64,000 bases of DNA from an uncultured Desulfovibrio sp. (GCA_900546145.1 URBN01000001.1:5144-69143); one strand, 5' to 3'; shown: positions 40,068 through 50,338, counted from the first letter of the stretch. A program made the numbers and translations. Notes: generated by a model from the letters alone, not told the origin.

Positions 40068-40511
40068 ATGGCTCGGTTTTCCCCTACCTGTTTTGTGGCT
40101 CCTGCCCTTCTTTTCTGCGGCATGTTTTTTATTTCCGGCTGCGGGCTGTGGCAGGACGCGCCCGAGGAAAAGGGCATGAAGGTGACGGCCGCAGTGCGTG
40201 GGGTTCACTACTGCTCGAGGCTTTCTCCGGAACTCTCCATAGCCAATCCTCCCAAGGGAACTGACCGCTACGAGGTAAAACTCGAGCGTCTTGATGACGG
40301 GCAGTTCTATGGCGGCGGCACGTGGGCGTTTGACGGCCTTGACGGAGATGGAATGGATTCCATTCCCGAAGGCGCTCTGACCAGCCATTACCGCGGCCCC
40401 TGTCCGGGTGTGGGCAGGAGCGAGAGGTTCAGGTTCACGGTTTCGGCCATGGGCAGGGACTCCAAAGTGCCGCTTGAGGTCAGAACCTATGACTTCACCG
40501 CTGAAAAGTAG
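40068..40511 (+). CDS. lipoprotein, unknown function
   Basis: It has a signal peptide and lipobox (FFISGC) and is 147 aa. Confidence 0.45.
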   Translation: MARFSPTCFVAPALLFCGMFFISGCGLWQDAPEEKGMKVTAAVRGVHYCSRLSPELSIANPPKGTDRYEVKLERLDDGQFYGGGTWAFDGLDGDGMDSIPEGALTSHYRGPCPGVGRSERFRFTVSAMGRDSKVPLEVRTYDFTAEK

Positions 40512-40530
40512 CAGAGCGTTATCTTTCGCG

Positions 40531-40585
40531 AAATAACAGAGCCTCCGCGCGGTCCTGCCGCGCGGAGGCTCTGTTATTTTTTTTC
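40531..40585. terminator. bidirectional intrinsic terminator
   Basis: AAATAACAGAGCCTCCGCGCGG-tcctg-CCGCGCGGAGGCTCTGTTATTTTTTTT forms a perfect 18-bp stem flanked by an A-run and a T-run. It sits between convergent genes. Confidence 0.55.
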
Positions 40586-40598
40586 TGTGGAAGAGAGG

Positions 40599-42290
40599 CT
40601 ACAGGTCGTCTTCGTCGATCTCGGGAAGAACGGCGGCCACATTTGTCCTGATGCGGCGGTGTTTGTGCACCTCTTCTTCCTTCACGGGGCGGAAGGAAGG
40701 CAGGTTATTGTACCCGTTCCAGAATCCGGGACAGAGTCCGCTCATGATGTAGGGGTTTCCAAGACGGAAGCCGAGCTTTCCCGGCCTCGCGCAGGCGGCT
40801 ATGGCCAGAGCGGCCGCCCAGGGTGCCGAAGGGGCGATCCAGATGGAGTGAGAGGCTTCGAGAGGCTCTTCGTCCTCCTTTCTGCGGCGGGGATGGCTTT
40901 CCCTGCGCTCCACGATGTTCCCGTCATCGTCAATATCCAGGCCGCAGGCCCGTGCGAAGCTTTCCGCAGCCACCCAGGTACCCCGGCACGGATCGTAGCT
41001 GCTGGGCATACGGGCGGGCTGTCCCGCGAGCGCCGGAAGCATGCTCAGCAGAACGGGCAGGCAGAGCCAGTCGCCGGGAAGATCCCCGGGAATCACGATG
41101 CCGCCTTCGGGAAGCTTCGTCAGTTTCTCTCCCTTCAGGGAGACGCTGCCGTCAGCAGAGGTGTCCGGTTTCAGGCCGCACTGGGTGAATACCTGAAGTG
41201 CGGCTTCCGCCTCGGGGGTGTCCGGCCAGTTTCCTCTGAGGGTTACGCTTCCGGAAAGAGCAGGAACCAGGGCCAGCAGGAAGATGGCCAGTTCCGGCTC
41301 CATCGGGAGGGAAAAATCTTCCGGAATGATGATTTTTGAGGGGGATATGTGAATTTTTTCACCATCTAACTCTGCTTTTGCCTGAACACTCTGCAGGAGG
41401 GGAAGAATCCGGCTGATGATGCGGCCGCGCTGCGGAGCTGCCGAGAGATCGAAGGTGACGGAGATATCGTAGAAGGGGGCGGCGAGCAGCATGCCTTCAA
41501 TGAATTCAAAGGGCACGTCCGCAGGAAAAACGATGCAGTCCGGCAGAAGGCCGGAGCATTCCACGCGCACGGGGAGTCCGGCACCCCCCGGGATGGTGTG
41601 CACGAGCCTCGCGCCGAGCTTTGGCAGGAAAGCGTCCACGGCGTCGAGCCCGCAGAGGGGAAGTGTGGAGTCGCTGGTGAATTTTGCGCGGCTCGGATGG
41701 CCGAGATAGTGCCCCAGGGCGAGGTAGAAATTGTAGGAACTGCTGCCCGTGACAATGACCTTGTCTGGTGTGCCGCAGCGTTTTGCAGAGGGAGCCGTGA
41801 TGGTGCCGTGTCCGTCGTCAGAGAGCTCGGCGCCCATGGCGTTGAAGGCCTGCATGCAGTCGTAAACAGGGGTGTTCATGAGCGTGGGGCCCAGGCGCAG
41901 AGGCTGGCCGGACGCTGCTGCGAGGGCAATAAGCGAGCGCGTGTAGCGGCAGGCAAGAGGAGCCTTTATGTCAATGCTGACAGGCTCCTGCCGGGGAGAA
42001 AGGCCGAACGCCTGGCGCTTCTCAGCGCCTTCGGCCGGCTTCGGGAAGAAGGAGGCTTCTTCCATGAGGGTGAAGAAAAGGCCGGCCAGCCTGGGATCGC
42101 TGCTTACCTTCGCAACGCGCGCCTCCCAGTCCTCGCGGATCATCTTTTCATCCTGGGATCCCGGATTCTTTTTCCTGCCGGCCATGCGCGCCAGCATGTT
42201 GTGACGGCGCATGATGAGGTTGATGATGTCAGCGTCGATATCGCAGACAGTATCCCTGAGAGGACGTTTGCGCGTCTCAAAATCACTCAT
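40599..42290 (-). CDS. chorismate-mutase-like N-terminal domain fused to a divergent EPSP-synthase (AroA)-like enolpyruvyl-transferase domain
   Basis: The N-terminal 90 aa (RPLRDTVCDIDADIINLIMRRHNMLARMAG...) follow the AroQ-class chorismate mutase pattern. The remaining ~470 aa show distant EPSPS-like blocks (PLACRYTRSLIALAAASG, ...ALSGSVTLRGN). The start was moved to an internal Met with a GGGAGG ribosome-binding site. It overlaps the upstream gene's stop (ATGAGTGA). Confidence 0.5.
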   Translation of the reverse strand: MSDFETRKRPLRDTVCDIDADIINLIMRRHNMLARMAGRKKNPGSQDEKMIREDWEARVAKVSSDPRLAGLFFTLMEEASFFPKPAEGAEKRQAFGLSPRQEPVSIDIKAPLACRYTRSLIALAAASGQPLRLGPTLMNTPVYDCMQAFNAMGAELSDDGHGTITAPSAKRCGTPDKVIVTGSSSYNFYLALGHYLGHPSRAKFTSDSTLPLCGLDAVDAFLPKLGARLVHTIPGGAGLPVRVECSGLLPDCIVFPADVPFEFIEGMLLAAPFYDISVTFDLSAAPQRGRIISRILPLLQSVQAKAELDGEKIHISPSKIIIPEDFSLPMEPELAIFLLALVPALSGSVTLRGNWPDTPEAEAALQVFTQCGLKPDTSADGSVSLKGEKLTKLPEGGIVIPGDLPGDWLCLPVLLSMLPALAGQPARMPSSYDPCRGTWVAAESFARACGLDIDDDGNIVERRESHPRRRKEDEEPLEASHSIWIAPSAPWAAALAIAACARPGKLGFRLGNPYIMSGLCPGFWNGYNNLPSFRPVKEEEVHKHRRIRTNVAAVLPEIDEDDL

Positions 42291-42540
42291 TGAAGGAAAC
42301 CTCCCGCATGAGGGCGTAAAGGCTGCTGTACAGCGCCGGGTCATTGCTCACTTTGGAGACATGGTCCTCCCATGACTCGCGGATTTTCTTTTCTTCCCAG
42401 GGGGCAAGGCTGTCGTGATCGCCCTGCATCTTCTTAATGAAGGCGCTGCGGCGCTTGACGAGCCTGAGAATATCCCTGTCAATGTCACAGACTGTTTCCC
42501 TGAGGGGCGGGCGAGGTCTGTCGCGGAAGGGTTCGCTCAT
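42283..42540 (-). CDS. stand-alone chorismate-mutase-like protein (85 aa)
   Basis: PLRETVCDIDRDILRLVKRRSAFIKKMQG...IRESWEDHV fits the AroQ CM pattern. It is a paralogue of the N-domain of the next gene. Confidence 0.5.
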   Translation of the reverse strand: MSEPFRDRPRPPLRETVCDIDRDILRLVKRRSAFIKKMQGDHDSLAPWEEKKIRESWEDHVSKVSNDPALYSSLYALMREVSFNE

Positions 42541-42981
42541 CGCAAGATTTTCCTTATGTAATTGTAGGTTGGGCTGGGTGCTGCCCGACGGACGGATGCG
42601 GCCGGGGGCCGGGCCGGGGCGGAAGAGGCAGAGAAAGAAGGGGCCCGCGGGAGATGCGCGGGGTTCCCCTTCGTACCTTAGGGGGCCTCTGAATGCAAGT
42701 TTCCCGGCTCAACGGACCCAATATTTTCTGTAAAAATTTTTGAATGTTAATATATTGAATTTACACGATAATTTACTTTACGAGGGCGGAAAATACGAGA
42801 ACGGGCTTGACCAATCGGGAAGAGCTTGTTACGAAATTCTCAAGCCAAGTGAGAAAGAGCTGATTGTGAAATCTTGATCTTTCTCCGCAGATTAGTTTAT
42901 TATGAACCGGATATCGGTACTGGCCCGAGTGTCCAGTTTCCGGTTATCAATAACCTTATTCTCTAGAGCTGGAGGAAACGT
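42541..42981 (+). promoter_or_regulatory. apr promoter / long 5' leader region
   Basis: This 440-bp non-coding region is partly AT-rich (TTGAATGTTAATATATTGAATTTACA, TTGACC...), precedes the highly expressed aprBA genes, and ends in a GGAGGAAACGT ribosome-binding site. Confidence 0.4.
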
Positions 42982-43461
42982 ATGCCTACGTTTGTTGATC
43001 CGTCTAAATGCGACGGTTGCAAGGGCGGCGAAAAGACGGCCTGCATGTACATCTGCCCCAACGATCTTATGGTCCTGGATCCGGATGCCATGAGGGCTTA
43101 CAACCAGGAACCCGATGCCTGCTGGGAATGCTACTCCTGTGTTAAGATTTGCCCCCAGGGCGCCATTACCGCCCGTCCCTACGCCGACTTTGCTCCTCTC
43201 GGCGGCACCTGTATCCCCATGCGTTCTGCTGACTCCATCATGTGGACCGTCAACTTCCGTGATGGCAGCACCAAGCGTTTCAAATTCCCCATCCGTACTA
43301 CTCCTGAAGGCTCCATCGAGCCCTACAAGGGCTGGGACAAGGAAGGCAATCTGGACGACGAGTACTTCTACACTGAAAGCGAACTCAAAGAGCCTGAACA
43401 GCCCATCATGGAAAAGGCTACCGTCGAAGACGCCGACGCTTCCCTTACCTTCAAGCTTTAA
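42982..43461 (+). CDS. aprB: adenylylsulfate (APS) reductase beta subunit
   Basis: MPTFVDPSKCDGCKGGEKTACMYICPNDLM... with two [4Fe-4S] motifs is diagnostic. Confidence 0.95.
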   Translation: MPTFVDPSKCDGCKGGEKTACMYICPNDLMVLDPDAMRAYNQEPDACWECYSCVKICPQGAITARPYADFAPLGGTCIPMRSADSIMWTVNFRDGSTKRFKFPIRTTPEGSIEPYKGWDKEGNLDDEYFYTESELKEPEQPIMEKATVEDADASLTFKL

Positions 43462-43519
43462 AATTCGTTTTCCTGAGTATAGACAAATCTGTCACCAGAA
43501 TATTTAGGAGTAAGCTACT

Positions 43520-45520
43520 ATGCCTATGATCCCTGTTAAGGAAGCGCCGCGCGGCGTTCGTATTTCCGAACCGACTTATAAAGAACATGAGACCGACCTG
43601 CTGATCGTGGGCGGCGGCATGGGCGCCACCGGCGCCGCTGTCGAAGCTGTCCGCTGGGCCAAACCCCTCGGCATCAAAGTGTTCCTCTGCGATAAGGCCG
43701 CCCTCGAGCGTTCCGGCGCTGTGGCCCAGGGCCTTTCCGCCATCAACACCTTCCTTGAAAACAACACTCCTGACGACTACGTGCGCATGGTCCGCAACGA
43801 CCTTATGCACATCGTCCGCGATGACCTCATCTTCGACGTAGGCCGTCACGTTGACGACTCCGTCAAGCTCTTCCAGGATTGGGGCCTCCCGATCTGGGCC
43901 AAGGCTGACGATGGCGTCCACAACCTCAACGGCGCTGAAGCTCTTGCCGCTGGCAAGACCATGCGTTCCGGTGCCAAGCCCGTCCGTTCCGGCCGCTGGC
44001 AGATCATGATCAACGGTGAGTCCTACAAGTGCATCGTTGCTGAAGCTGCCAAGAAAGCCCTCGGCGACGACGGCTACATGGAACGCTGCTTCATCGTGAA
44101 GCTGCTCCTCGACAAGAACACCCCCAACCGCATCGCCGGTGCCGTGGGCTTCAGCACCCGTGAGAACGTCGTGCACATCTTCAAGACCAACGCCATGATC
44201 GTGTGCTGCGGCGGCGCCGTTAACATTTACCGTCCCCGCTCCACCGGTGAAGGTATGGGCCGCGCCTGGTATCCTGTTTGGAATGCCGGTTCCACCTACA
44301 CGCTCTGCGCTCAGGTTGGCGCCGAGATGACCATGATGGAAAACCGCTTCGTGCCCGCCCGCTTCAAGGACGGCTACGGCCCCGTCGGCGCTTGGTTCCT
44401 GCTCTTCAAGGCTAAGGCCACCAACGCTGCTGGTGAGGATTACTGCAAGACCCTCGACCACAAGATGCTCGACATCTACCGCAAGCTCGGCTACGCCACC
44501 GGTAAGGTCGTTCCCACCTGCCTCCGCAACCATCAGATGCTCCACGAAATGCGTGCCGGCCACGGCCCCATCTACATGGACACCAAGACCGCTCTTCTGA
44601 ACACCTTCGCCACCCTCGACGAGAAGGAACAGAAGGACCTCGAAGCTGAAGCTTGGGAAGACTTCCTCGACATGTGCGTTGGTCAGGCCAACCTCTGGGC
44701 TGCCACCAACACCCAGCCTGAGAACCGCGGTTCCGAAATCATGCCGACCGAGCCTTACCTCCTCGGCTCTCACTCCGGCTGCTGCGGCATCTGGGCTTCC
44801 GGTCCTGACGAAAAGTGGGTTCCTGAAGAATACAAAGTCCGTGCTGCCAACGGCAAGGTCTACAACCGTATGACCACCGTCGACGGCCTGTTCACCTGCG
44901 CTGACGGCGTGGGCGCTTCCGGCCACAAGTTCTCCTCCGGCTCTCACGCTGAAGGCCGTATCGCTGGTAAGGCGGCTGTCCGCTACATCCGCGACCACAA
45001 GGACTTCAAGCCTGAGCTCGCTGAGAAGCCTGAAGATCTGGTCAAGGAGATCTACGCTCCTTACTACACCTTTGAGCAGTACAAGGATAAGTCCACTGAC
45101 TCTGTGGTGAACCCGAACTTCATCTCCCCCCGCAACTTCATGATGCGCCTCATCAAGTGCACCGATGAATACGCTGCTGGCGTGGGCACCTACTACACCA
45201 CCTCCAAGAAGCTCCTCGACACTGGCTTCTGGCTGCTCGGCATGCTGGAAGAAGACTCCAAGAAGCTCGCCGCCCGTGACCTCCACGAGCTGCTCCGCTG
45301 CTGGGAGAACTACCATCGTCTGTGGACCGTCCGTCTGCACATGCAGCACATCGCCTTCCGCGAAGAAACCCGTTATCCTGGTTTCTACTACCGTGCTGAC
45401 TTCCCGGCCATCGACGACAAGAAGTGGAAGTGCTTCGTCAACTCCAAGTACGATCCGAAGACCGGCGAAACCAAGGTCTTCAAGAGGACTTACTACAAGC
45501 TCATCCCGGATGCTGAATAG
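43520..45520 (+). CDS. aprA: adenylylsulfate (APS) reductase alpha subunit
   Basis: The 666-aa FAD flavoprotein (LLIVGGGMGATGAAVEA...) immediately follows aprB. Confidence 0.97.
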   Translation: MPMIPVKEAPRGVRISEPTYKEHETDLLIVGGGMGATGAAVEAVRWAKPLGIKVFLCDKAALERSGAVAQGLSAINTFLENNTPDDYVRMVRNDLMHIVRDDLIFDVGRHVDDSVKLFQDWGLPIWAKADDGVHNLNGAEALAAGKTMRSGAKPVRSGRWQIMINGESYKCIVAEAAKKALGDDGYMERCFIVKLLLDKNTPNRIAGAVGFSTRENVVHIFKTNAMIVCCGGAVNIYRPRSTGEGMGRAWYPVWNAGSTYTLCAQVGAEMTMMENRFVPARFKDGYGPVGAWFLLFKAKATNAAGEDYCKTLDHKMLDIYRKLGYATGKVVPTCLRNHQMLHEMRAGHGPIYMDTKTALLNTFATLDEKEQKDLEAEAWEDFLDMCVGQANLWAATNTQPENRGSEIMPTEPYLLGSHSGCCGIWASGPDEKWVPEEYKVRAANGKVYNRMTTVDGLFTCADGVGASGHKFSSGSHAEGRIAGKAAVRYIRDHKDFKPELAEKPEDLVKEIYAPYYTFEQYKDKSTDSVVNPNFISPRNFMMRLIKCTDEYAAGVGTYYTTSKKLLDTGFWLLGMLEEDSKKLAARDLHELLRCWENYHRLWTVRLHMQHIAFREETRYPGFYYRADFPAIDDKKWKCFVNSKYDPKTGETKVFKRTYYKLIPDAE

Positions 45521-45540
45521 TATATACTGAAGGTTTTGAT

Positions 45541-45582
45541 GGGGGAGACCCACCCTTTTCAAGGGGGGGTCTCCCTCTTTTA
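45541..45582 (+). terminator. hairpin/partial terminator between aprA and qmoA
   Basis: GGGGGAGACCC-acccttttcaag-GGGGGGTCTCCC is followed by TCTTTT, in an 88-nt gap. Confidence 0.5.
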
Positions 45583-45608
45583 ATACCGAACGTAGGAGGA
45601 TAATCAGG

Positions 45609-46844
45609 ATGTCCAATGCCATTCTCGTCGTCGGTGGCGGCTTTTCGGGTCTGACTGCTGCCATAGAAGCGGCGGAACTGGGGCATGATGTCTATATCGT
45701 CGAGAAAACACCATTCCTTGGCGGTCGTGTCGCCCAGCTCAACAAATACTTCCCCAAACTTTGCCCGCCCTCCTGCGGTTTGGAAATCCAGTTCCAGCGC
45801 ATCAGGAATAATCCACATATCAAATTTTTCACGCTCGCTCAGGTCACGGCTCTCTCGGGAACCAAGGGAGATTACAAGGTCCAGGTGACTGTGCAGCCCC
45901 GTTACACGGCTCCGCACAACGTGGATCTCGGTCTGACCGCCTCTGCCCTCGAGGGCGAGGTAGCCAATGAGTTCGATTTTGGATTGTCCAAGCGCAAGGC
46001 TCTCTACAAAACCATGCCTTTCGCTTTCCCTGGCCGTTACGTGCTGGATCCCAAATCGCTCACCCCCTCTGACACCGCTAAGATCGCAGCCTGCAAGTTC
46101 ATCGATACGAAGGAACAGCCCAGGACTGTCGAGCTGAACGTCGGAGCCATTGTTGTCGCCACCGGCTGGAAGCCGTACGACGTCACCAGGCTCGCCAACC
46201 TCGGCGCCGGCAGCGTCAAGAACTGCATCACCAATATGCAGATGGAACGCCTCGCCTCGCCCTTTGGCCCCACCGGCGGCCGCATCGTGCGCCCCTCCGA
46301 TGGCATCGCCCCCAGGCGCGTCTGCTTCGTGCAGTGCGCTGGCTCCCGTGATCAGAACCACCTCAACTACTGCTCCTACATCTGCTGCATGGCTTCCATT
46401 AAGCAGAGCCTCTATCTTGCCGAGAAGCTTCCGGACGCCACGGCCGATATCTATTATATCGACCTGCGTACTCCCGGCCGCTATGTGAACTTCCTCGACA
46501 AGGCCAAGGCCACTGGCAAAGTGCACTTCATCAAGGGCAAGGTTGCCAATGTCGAGCAGGCTGAAGGTGATAAGGTAAGCGTTCAGGTTGAGGACGCCAT
46601 CCGTGGCGAAAAACTCACTCTTACCTATGATCTGGTAGTCCTGGCCACCGGCATGCAGCCTTCCCTGGCCGGGGAAAAGTTCCCCCTGCCCGTGCCGCTT
46701 GATGAAGATGGCTTTGTCACCGGCGGCGAAGATGCAGGCATTTTTGCTGCCGGCTGCGCTGTCATGCCGCTTGACGTGACTCGTTCCGCGCAGACCGGTA
46801 CTGCCGCCGCCCTCAAGGCGGTTCAGGCTGTTCAAGGGAGGTAG
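45609..46844 (+). CDS. qmoA: quinone-interacting membrane-bound oxidoreductase subunit A (HdrA-like flavoprotein)
   Basis: It has the FAD motif VVGGGFSGLTAAIEAA and is 411 aa. It sits downstream of aprBA. Confidence 0.9.
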   Translation: MSNAILVVGGGFSGLTAAIEAAELGHDVYIVEKTPFLGGRVAQLNKYFPKLCPPSCGLEIQFQRIRNNPHIKFFTLAQVTALSGTKGDYKVQVTVQPRYTAPHNVDLGLTASALEGEVANEFDFGLSKRKALYKTMPFAFPGRYVLDPKSLTPSDTAKIAACKFIDTKEQPRTVELNVGAIVVATGWKPYDVTRLANLGAGSVKNCITNMQMERLASPFGPTGGRIVRPSDGIAPRRVCFVQCAGSRDQNHLNYCSYICCMASIKQSLYLAEKLPDATADIYYIDLRTPGRYVNFLDKAKATGKVHFIKGKVANVEQAEGDKVSVQVEDAIRGEKLTLTYDLVVLATGMQPSLAGEKFPLPVPLDEDGFVTGGEDAGIFAAGCAVMPLDVTRSAQTGTAAALKAVQAVQGR

Positions 46845-46849
46845 GCAGC

Positions 46850-49144
46850 ATGGCCAGCAAAATTGGCGTTTATTTTGACGCTTCCAATATCGGTGGGGGC
46901 CTTGATGTCGAGGCTCTCGCTGCAGGCGTGACGGCCAAATGGGGCACTCTTGCTCCCGTTGTGAAGGTTTTCCCCGTCCTCGCCGATAACGTGGAGGCCA
47001 TCAAAGCCGACATTACTGCCGAGCAACTTGATGGTGTTCTCCTCTGCGGTGCCAGCCCCCGCGCTGACGCCGAAATCTTCCGTTTCCCTGTCCTCACCGA
47101 ACATGTGAACCTGCGTGAGCAGTGCGTCATGTGCTTCCAGGACAAGGACGGCAATCCGCTCAAGGAAGGGCAGGCCGCTCCTGAACTGCTCACCATGATG
47201 GCCACTGACTATGTCAATATGGGCGTCGTGAAGATGCAGAAGGGCAACCTTCCCGATTCCGCGGCTCTCCCCGAGGGGGGCACCCAGCGCATCCTTGTTG
47301 TTGGCGGTGGCTTCACCGGCCTTACCGCCGCTCTTGAAGGCGCCCGCAGCGGCTACGAAGTCGTGCTCGTCGAAAAGACCGGCGAACTCGGCGGCGCTGC
47401 CAAGAACATTCCTGTCGGCTCCCCGCTTTCCGCTCCGTGGGACGACAAGGAACCCCTCAAACTTGACGAGAAGATCGCCGCTGTCAAAGCCGAGAAGGCC
47501 ATCACCGTGTATATGAACACGACGGTCGCCAAACTGGCCGGACAGCCCGGTGCGTACGAGTGCACCCTTGCTACCCCGAATGGCGAGAAGGTCGAGAAGA
47601 TCGGCTCCGCTGTCGTGGCCTGCGGCTGGGTGCCCATGGACGACAAGTACCTCGCTCCGCTTGGTCTCGGCTCTTCCGATAAGATCGTGACCGCCGCTGC
47701 CTTCCAGAAGATGGTGGCTCAGGGCCGCGTTGACGCCAAGCGTATCGCCTTTGTGCTCGACACCACCGTTGCTGAAGAGGAATTCAGGAAGCAGGCCGAA
47801 GAGGCCGAAGCTGCCAGGAAGGCCGCCGAAGAGGCTGCCGCCAAGGAAGGCGCTGACGAGAAGAAGGAAGAGGGCACCGAGAAAATCTTCGTGAAGGAAG
47901 ACCTCGAGTCCATCAAGCACCTGCGCTATTCCAACGTGGTCAACTCCGTGGGCATGCTCCGCCTGGCCAACACTGTTGCCGAGCAGACCAATGACAAGAC
48001 CCAGTGCTATGTCATCTACCGCAACATGACCATGCCCGGCATCTTCGAGCGCTTCTACAAGACCATGCAGAACCGCCTCGGTCTCATGATGACCAAGGCC
48101 GATGTCACCTCAGTTAAGGAAGACGGCGACCATGTCGTCGTGTCCTGCGCCAACACCCTGCTTGGCATGGACTTCGACCTTGACTGCGACCTCGTTGTTC
48201 TGCCCACGGGTATTGTTCCCGTGACCGCCAAGGATGCCGTGATGCAGTTCGAGTACAGGCAGGGACCTGACTTCCCCGACTTGGATCATTTCGACGGCTA
48301 CGTCGACTCCAACTACATCTGCTTCCCCTACGAAACCCGCCGTACCGGTGTGTACGCCGCCGGCTGTGTGCGTCAGCCCATGACCCTCGACGGCTGCGTC
48401 GAGGACGCCCGCGGTGCCGTGCTCAAGGCCATTCAGGCCATCGAGTGCGCTGAACGCGGCGTTGCCGTGCATCCCCGCTCCGGTGATAAAACCTACCCGG
48501 TGTTCAACTTCGCCCGCTGCACGCAGTGCAAGCGCTGCACCGAAGAATGCCCGTTCGGCGCTCTTGATGACGATGAAAAGGGTACGCCCAAACCGAATCC
48601 CGGCCGCTGCCGCCGCTGCGGTACCTGCTTCGGTGCCTGCCCCGAACGCGTTATCTCCTTCGCCAACTACAATATCGATATGATCGGCTCCATGATCGGT
48701 CAGGTCGCCGTTCCCAAGGACTTCAAGAATGACGGACCCCGTGTCCTCCTCCTCGCCTGCGAGAACGACGCGTATCCTGCCCTCGACATGGCTGCCCAGC
48801 GCCACGAAACCTGGAGCCCCTACGTACGCATTATCCCCGTGCGCTGCCTCGGTTCCGTCAACGCCATCTGGATCTCCGATGCCATGAGCAAGGGCTACGA
48901 TGGTGTCATGCTTCTTGGCTGCAAGTACGGTGACGATTATCAGTGCCACTTCATCAAGGGTTCCGAACTCTGCTCCAGACGTATGCAGAACATCGCTGAA
49001 ACCCTGAACCGCCTGGGCGTTGAGCCCGAGCGTGTTGAGCAGTTCGAAGTCGCCATCGACGAGTATGACAAGGTGCCTGGCATGATCAACGACTTTGTCA
49101 AGCGCATCGAGAAGATCGGCGCCAACCCGTTCAAGGCCATGTAG
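46850..49144 (+). CDS. qmoB: quinone-interacting membrane-bound oxidoreductase subunit B (HdrA-like + MvhD-like + Fe-S)
   Basis: The 764-aa protein has FAD motifs, CTQCKRCTEECP ferredoxin motifs and a C-terminal MvhD-like domain. Confidence 0.9.
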   Translation: MASKIGVYFDASNIGGGLDVEALAAGVTAKWGTLAPVVKVFPVLADNVEAIKADITAEQLDGVLLCGASPRADAEIFRFPVLTEHVNLREQCVMCFQDKDGNPLKEGQAAPELLTMMATDYVNMGVVKMQKGNLPDSAALPEGGTQRILVVGGGFTGLTAALEGARSGYEVVLVEKTGELGGAAKNIPVGSPLSAPWDDKEPLKLDEKIAAVKAEKAITVYMNTTVAKLAGQPGAYECTLATPNGEKVEKIGSAVVACGWVPMDDKYLAPLGLGSSDKIVTAAAFQKMVAQGRVDAKRIAFVLDTTVAEEEFRKQAEEAEAARKAAEEAAAKEGADEKKEEGTEKIFVKEDLESIKHLRYSNVVNSVGMLRLANTVAEQTNDKTQCYVIYRNMTMPGIFERFYKTMQNRLGLMMTKADVTSVKEDGDHVVVSCANTLLGMDFDLDCDLVVLPTGIVPVTAKDAVMQFEYRQGPDFPDLDHFDGYVDSNYICFPYETRRTGVYAAGCVRQPMTLDGCVEDARGAVLKAIQAIECAERGVAVHPRSGDKTYPVFNFARCTQCKRCTEECPFGALDDDEKGTPKPNPGRCRRCGTCFGACPERVISFANYNIDMIGSMIGQVAVPKDFKNDGPRVLLLACENDAYPALDMAAQRHETWSPYVRIIPVRCLGSVNAIWISDAMSKGYDGVMLLGCKYGDDYQCHFIKGSELCSRRMQNIAETLNRLGVEPERVEQFEVAIDEYDKVPGMINDFVKRIEKIGANPFKAM

Positions 49145-49156
49145 GAGGAAGGCAGA

Positions 49157-50338
49157 ATGGCTAAAGTTACTCTTACGCCTGACTCTGGCTTTGCCAGAGA
49201 ACTTATGGATGCGGGCGGGGAATCACTCAAGAAGTGCTATCAGTGCGCTACTTGTGCGGTCGCCTGCCCGATGGCCCCTGCCAACCATCCGTATCCCCGC
49301 AAGGAGATGGTTTGGGCTTCTTGGGGTCTGAAAGACAAAATCACGGCCGATCCTGATATCTGGCTGTGCCACAACTGCGGCAACTGCGCTGAGCTCTGCC
49401 CGCGCGGTGCCAACCCCGCTGACGTGATGGCTGCCGCCCGCAACCTCATGTACAGGGATCTGTGCAAGCCCGCCAAGATTGGCAAGCTTATGAGCAAGCG
49501 CTCCGGCCTGCCCATCCTGTTCGCCATTCCGGCCCTGCTCTGGCTCATCGTGTGGGCTATCCGTGCGGCCTGTGTTGGCTCCTGGTTCCCCAGGACCGCG
49601 GACGGCAGGATCGTGTTCGGCCAGATCTTCTATGGCGACTACACCATCGACCCCATCTTCATGCTTACGTTCTTCGGAGCCATCTACATCCTCTACAAAG
49701 GCTGCAGCAAACTCTGGAACATGTTTAAGAACAACGACGGCAAGCTTCTTGTCGTCGGTCCGACCAAACCCTGGTACTGGCATCTTGGCATGCTTCTCTG
49801 GGAAGAAATCGGCTCGCACAAGAAGTTCGACACCTGCACGACCGGCCCCAAGACCGGACAGCCCGAAAACTCCCGCAAGCTCGGACATATGTGCACGGTT
49901 TGGGCCTTTATCTGCCTTATGGTGGTAACGGCCGTTGTGGCAGGCGGTCACTGGGTAGGCAAGGTTTTCCCCTGCATCTCCATCGCCACGCCCATGCCCA
50001 CGCTGTTCCCTGTTAAGATCCTGGCCAACTTTGGCGCTATTCTGCTCCTTGTCGGCCTCTTCCTGCTTACGATCCGCCGCAAGCGTCAGAATCCCAAATA
50101 TTTCTCCTCCAGCTATCAGGACTGGTATCTGCTGGGTCTTATTTGGTGTATCGCGCTTACGGGCTGCTTCTCTCAGTTCTTCAGACTGATTGACGCCGTC
50201 CACTGTGCCTACTTCATTTACTATCTGCACCTCGTGTTTGTGTGGATGCTCTTTGCCTATCTTCCTTGGTCGAAGCTCGGGCATCTCGTGTACCGTACCG
50301 CCGCTCTGCTTTATGTGCGCATGTACGGCCGCGGCTAA
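49157..50338 (+). CDS. qmoC: quinone-interacting membrane-bound oxidoreductase subunit C (HdrC-like Fe-S + HdrE-like heme b membrane domain)
   Basis: The N-terminus has CYQCATCAVACP / CHNCGNCAELCP. The C-terminus has 6 TM helices. Confidence 0.9.
   Translation: MAKVTLTPDSGFARELMDAGGESLKKCYQCATCAVACPMAPANHPYPRKEMVWASWGLKDKITADPDIWLCHNCGNCAELCPRGANPADVMAAARNLMYRDLCKPAKIGKLMSKRSGLPILFAIPALLWLIVWAIRAACVGSWFPRTADGRIVFGQIFYGDYTIDPIFMLTFFGAIYILYKGCSKLWNMFKNNDGKLLVVGPTKPWYWHLGMLLWEEIGSHKKFDTCTTGPKTGQPENSRKLGHMCTVWAFICLMVVTAVVAGGHWVGKVFPCISIATPMPTLFPVKILANFGAILLLVGLFLLTIRRKRQNPKYFSSSYQDWYLLGLIWCIALTGCFSQFFRLIDAVHCAYFIYYLHLVFVWMLFAYLPWSKLGHLVYRTAALLYVRMYGRG

Noticed and set aside
43451-45664. 737-aa minus-strand ORF antisense to aprA
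   Set aside because: aprA is unambiguous. This ORF is a GC-driven open frame with a Gly/Val/Ala/Glu-rich translation.
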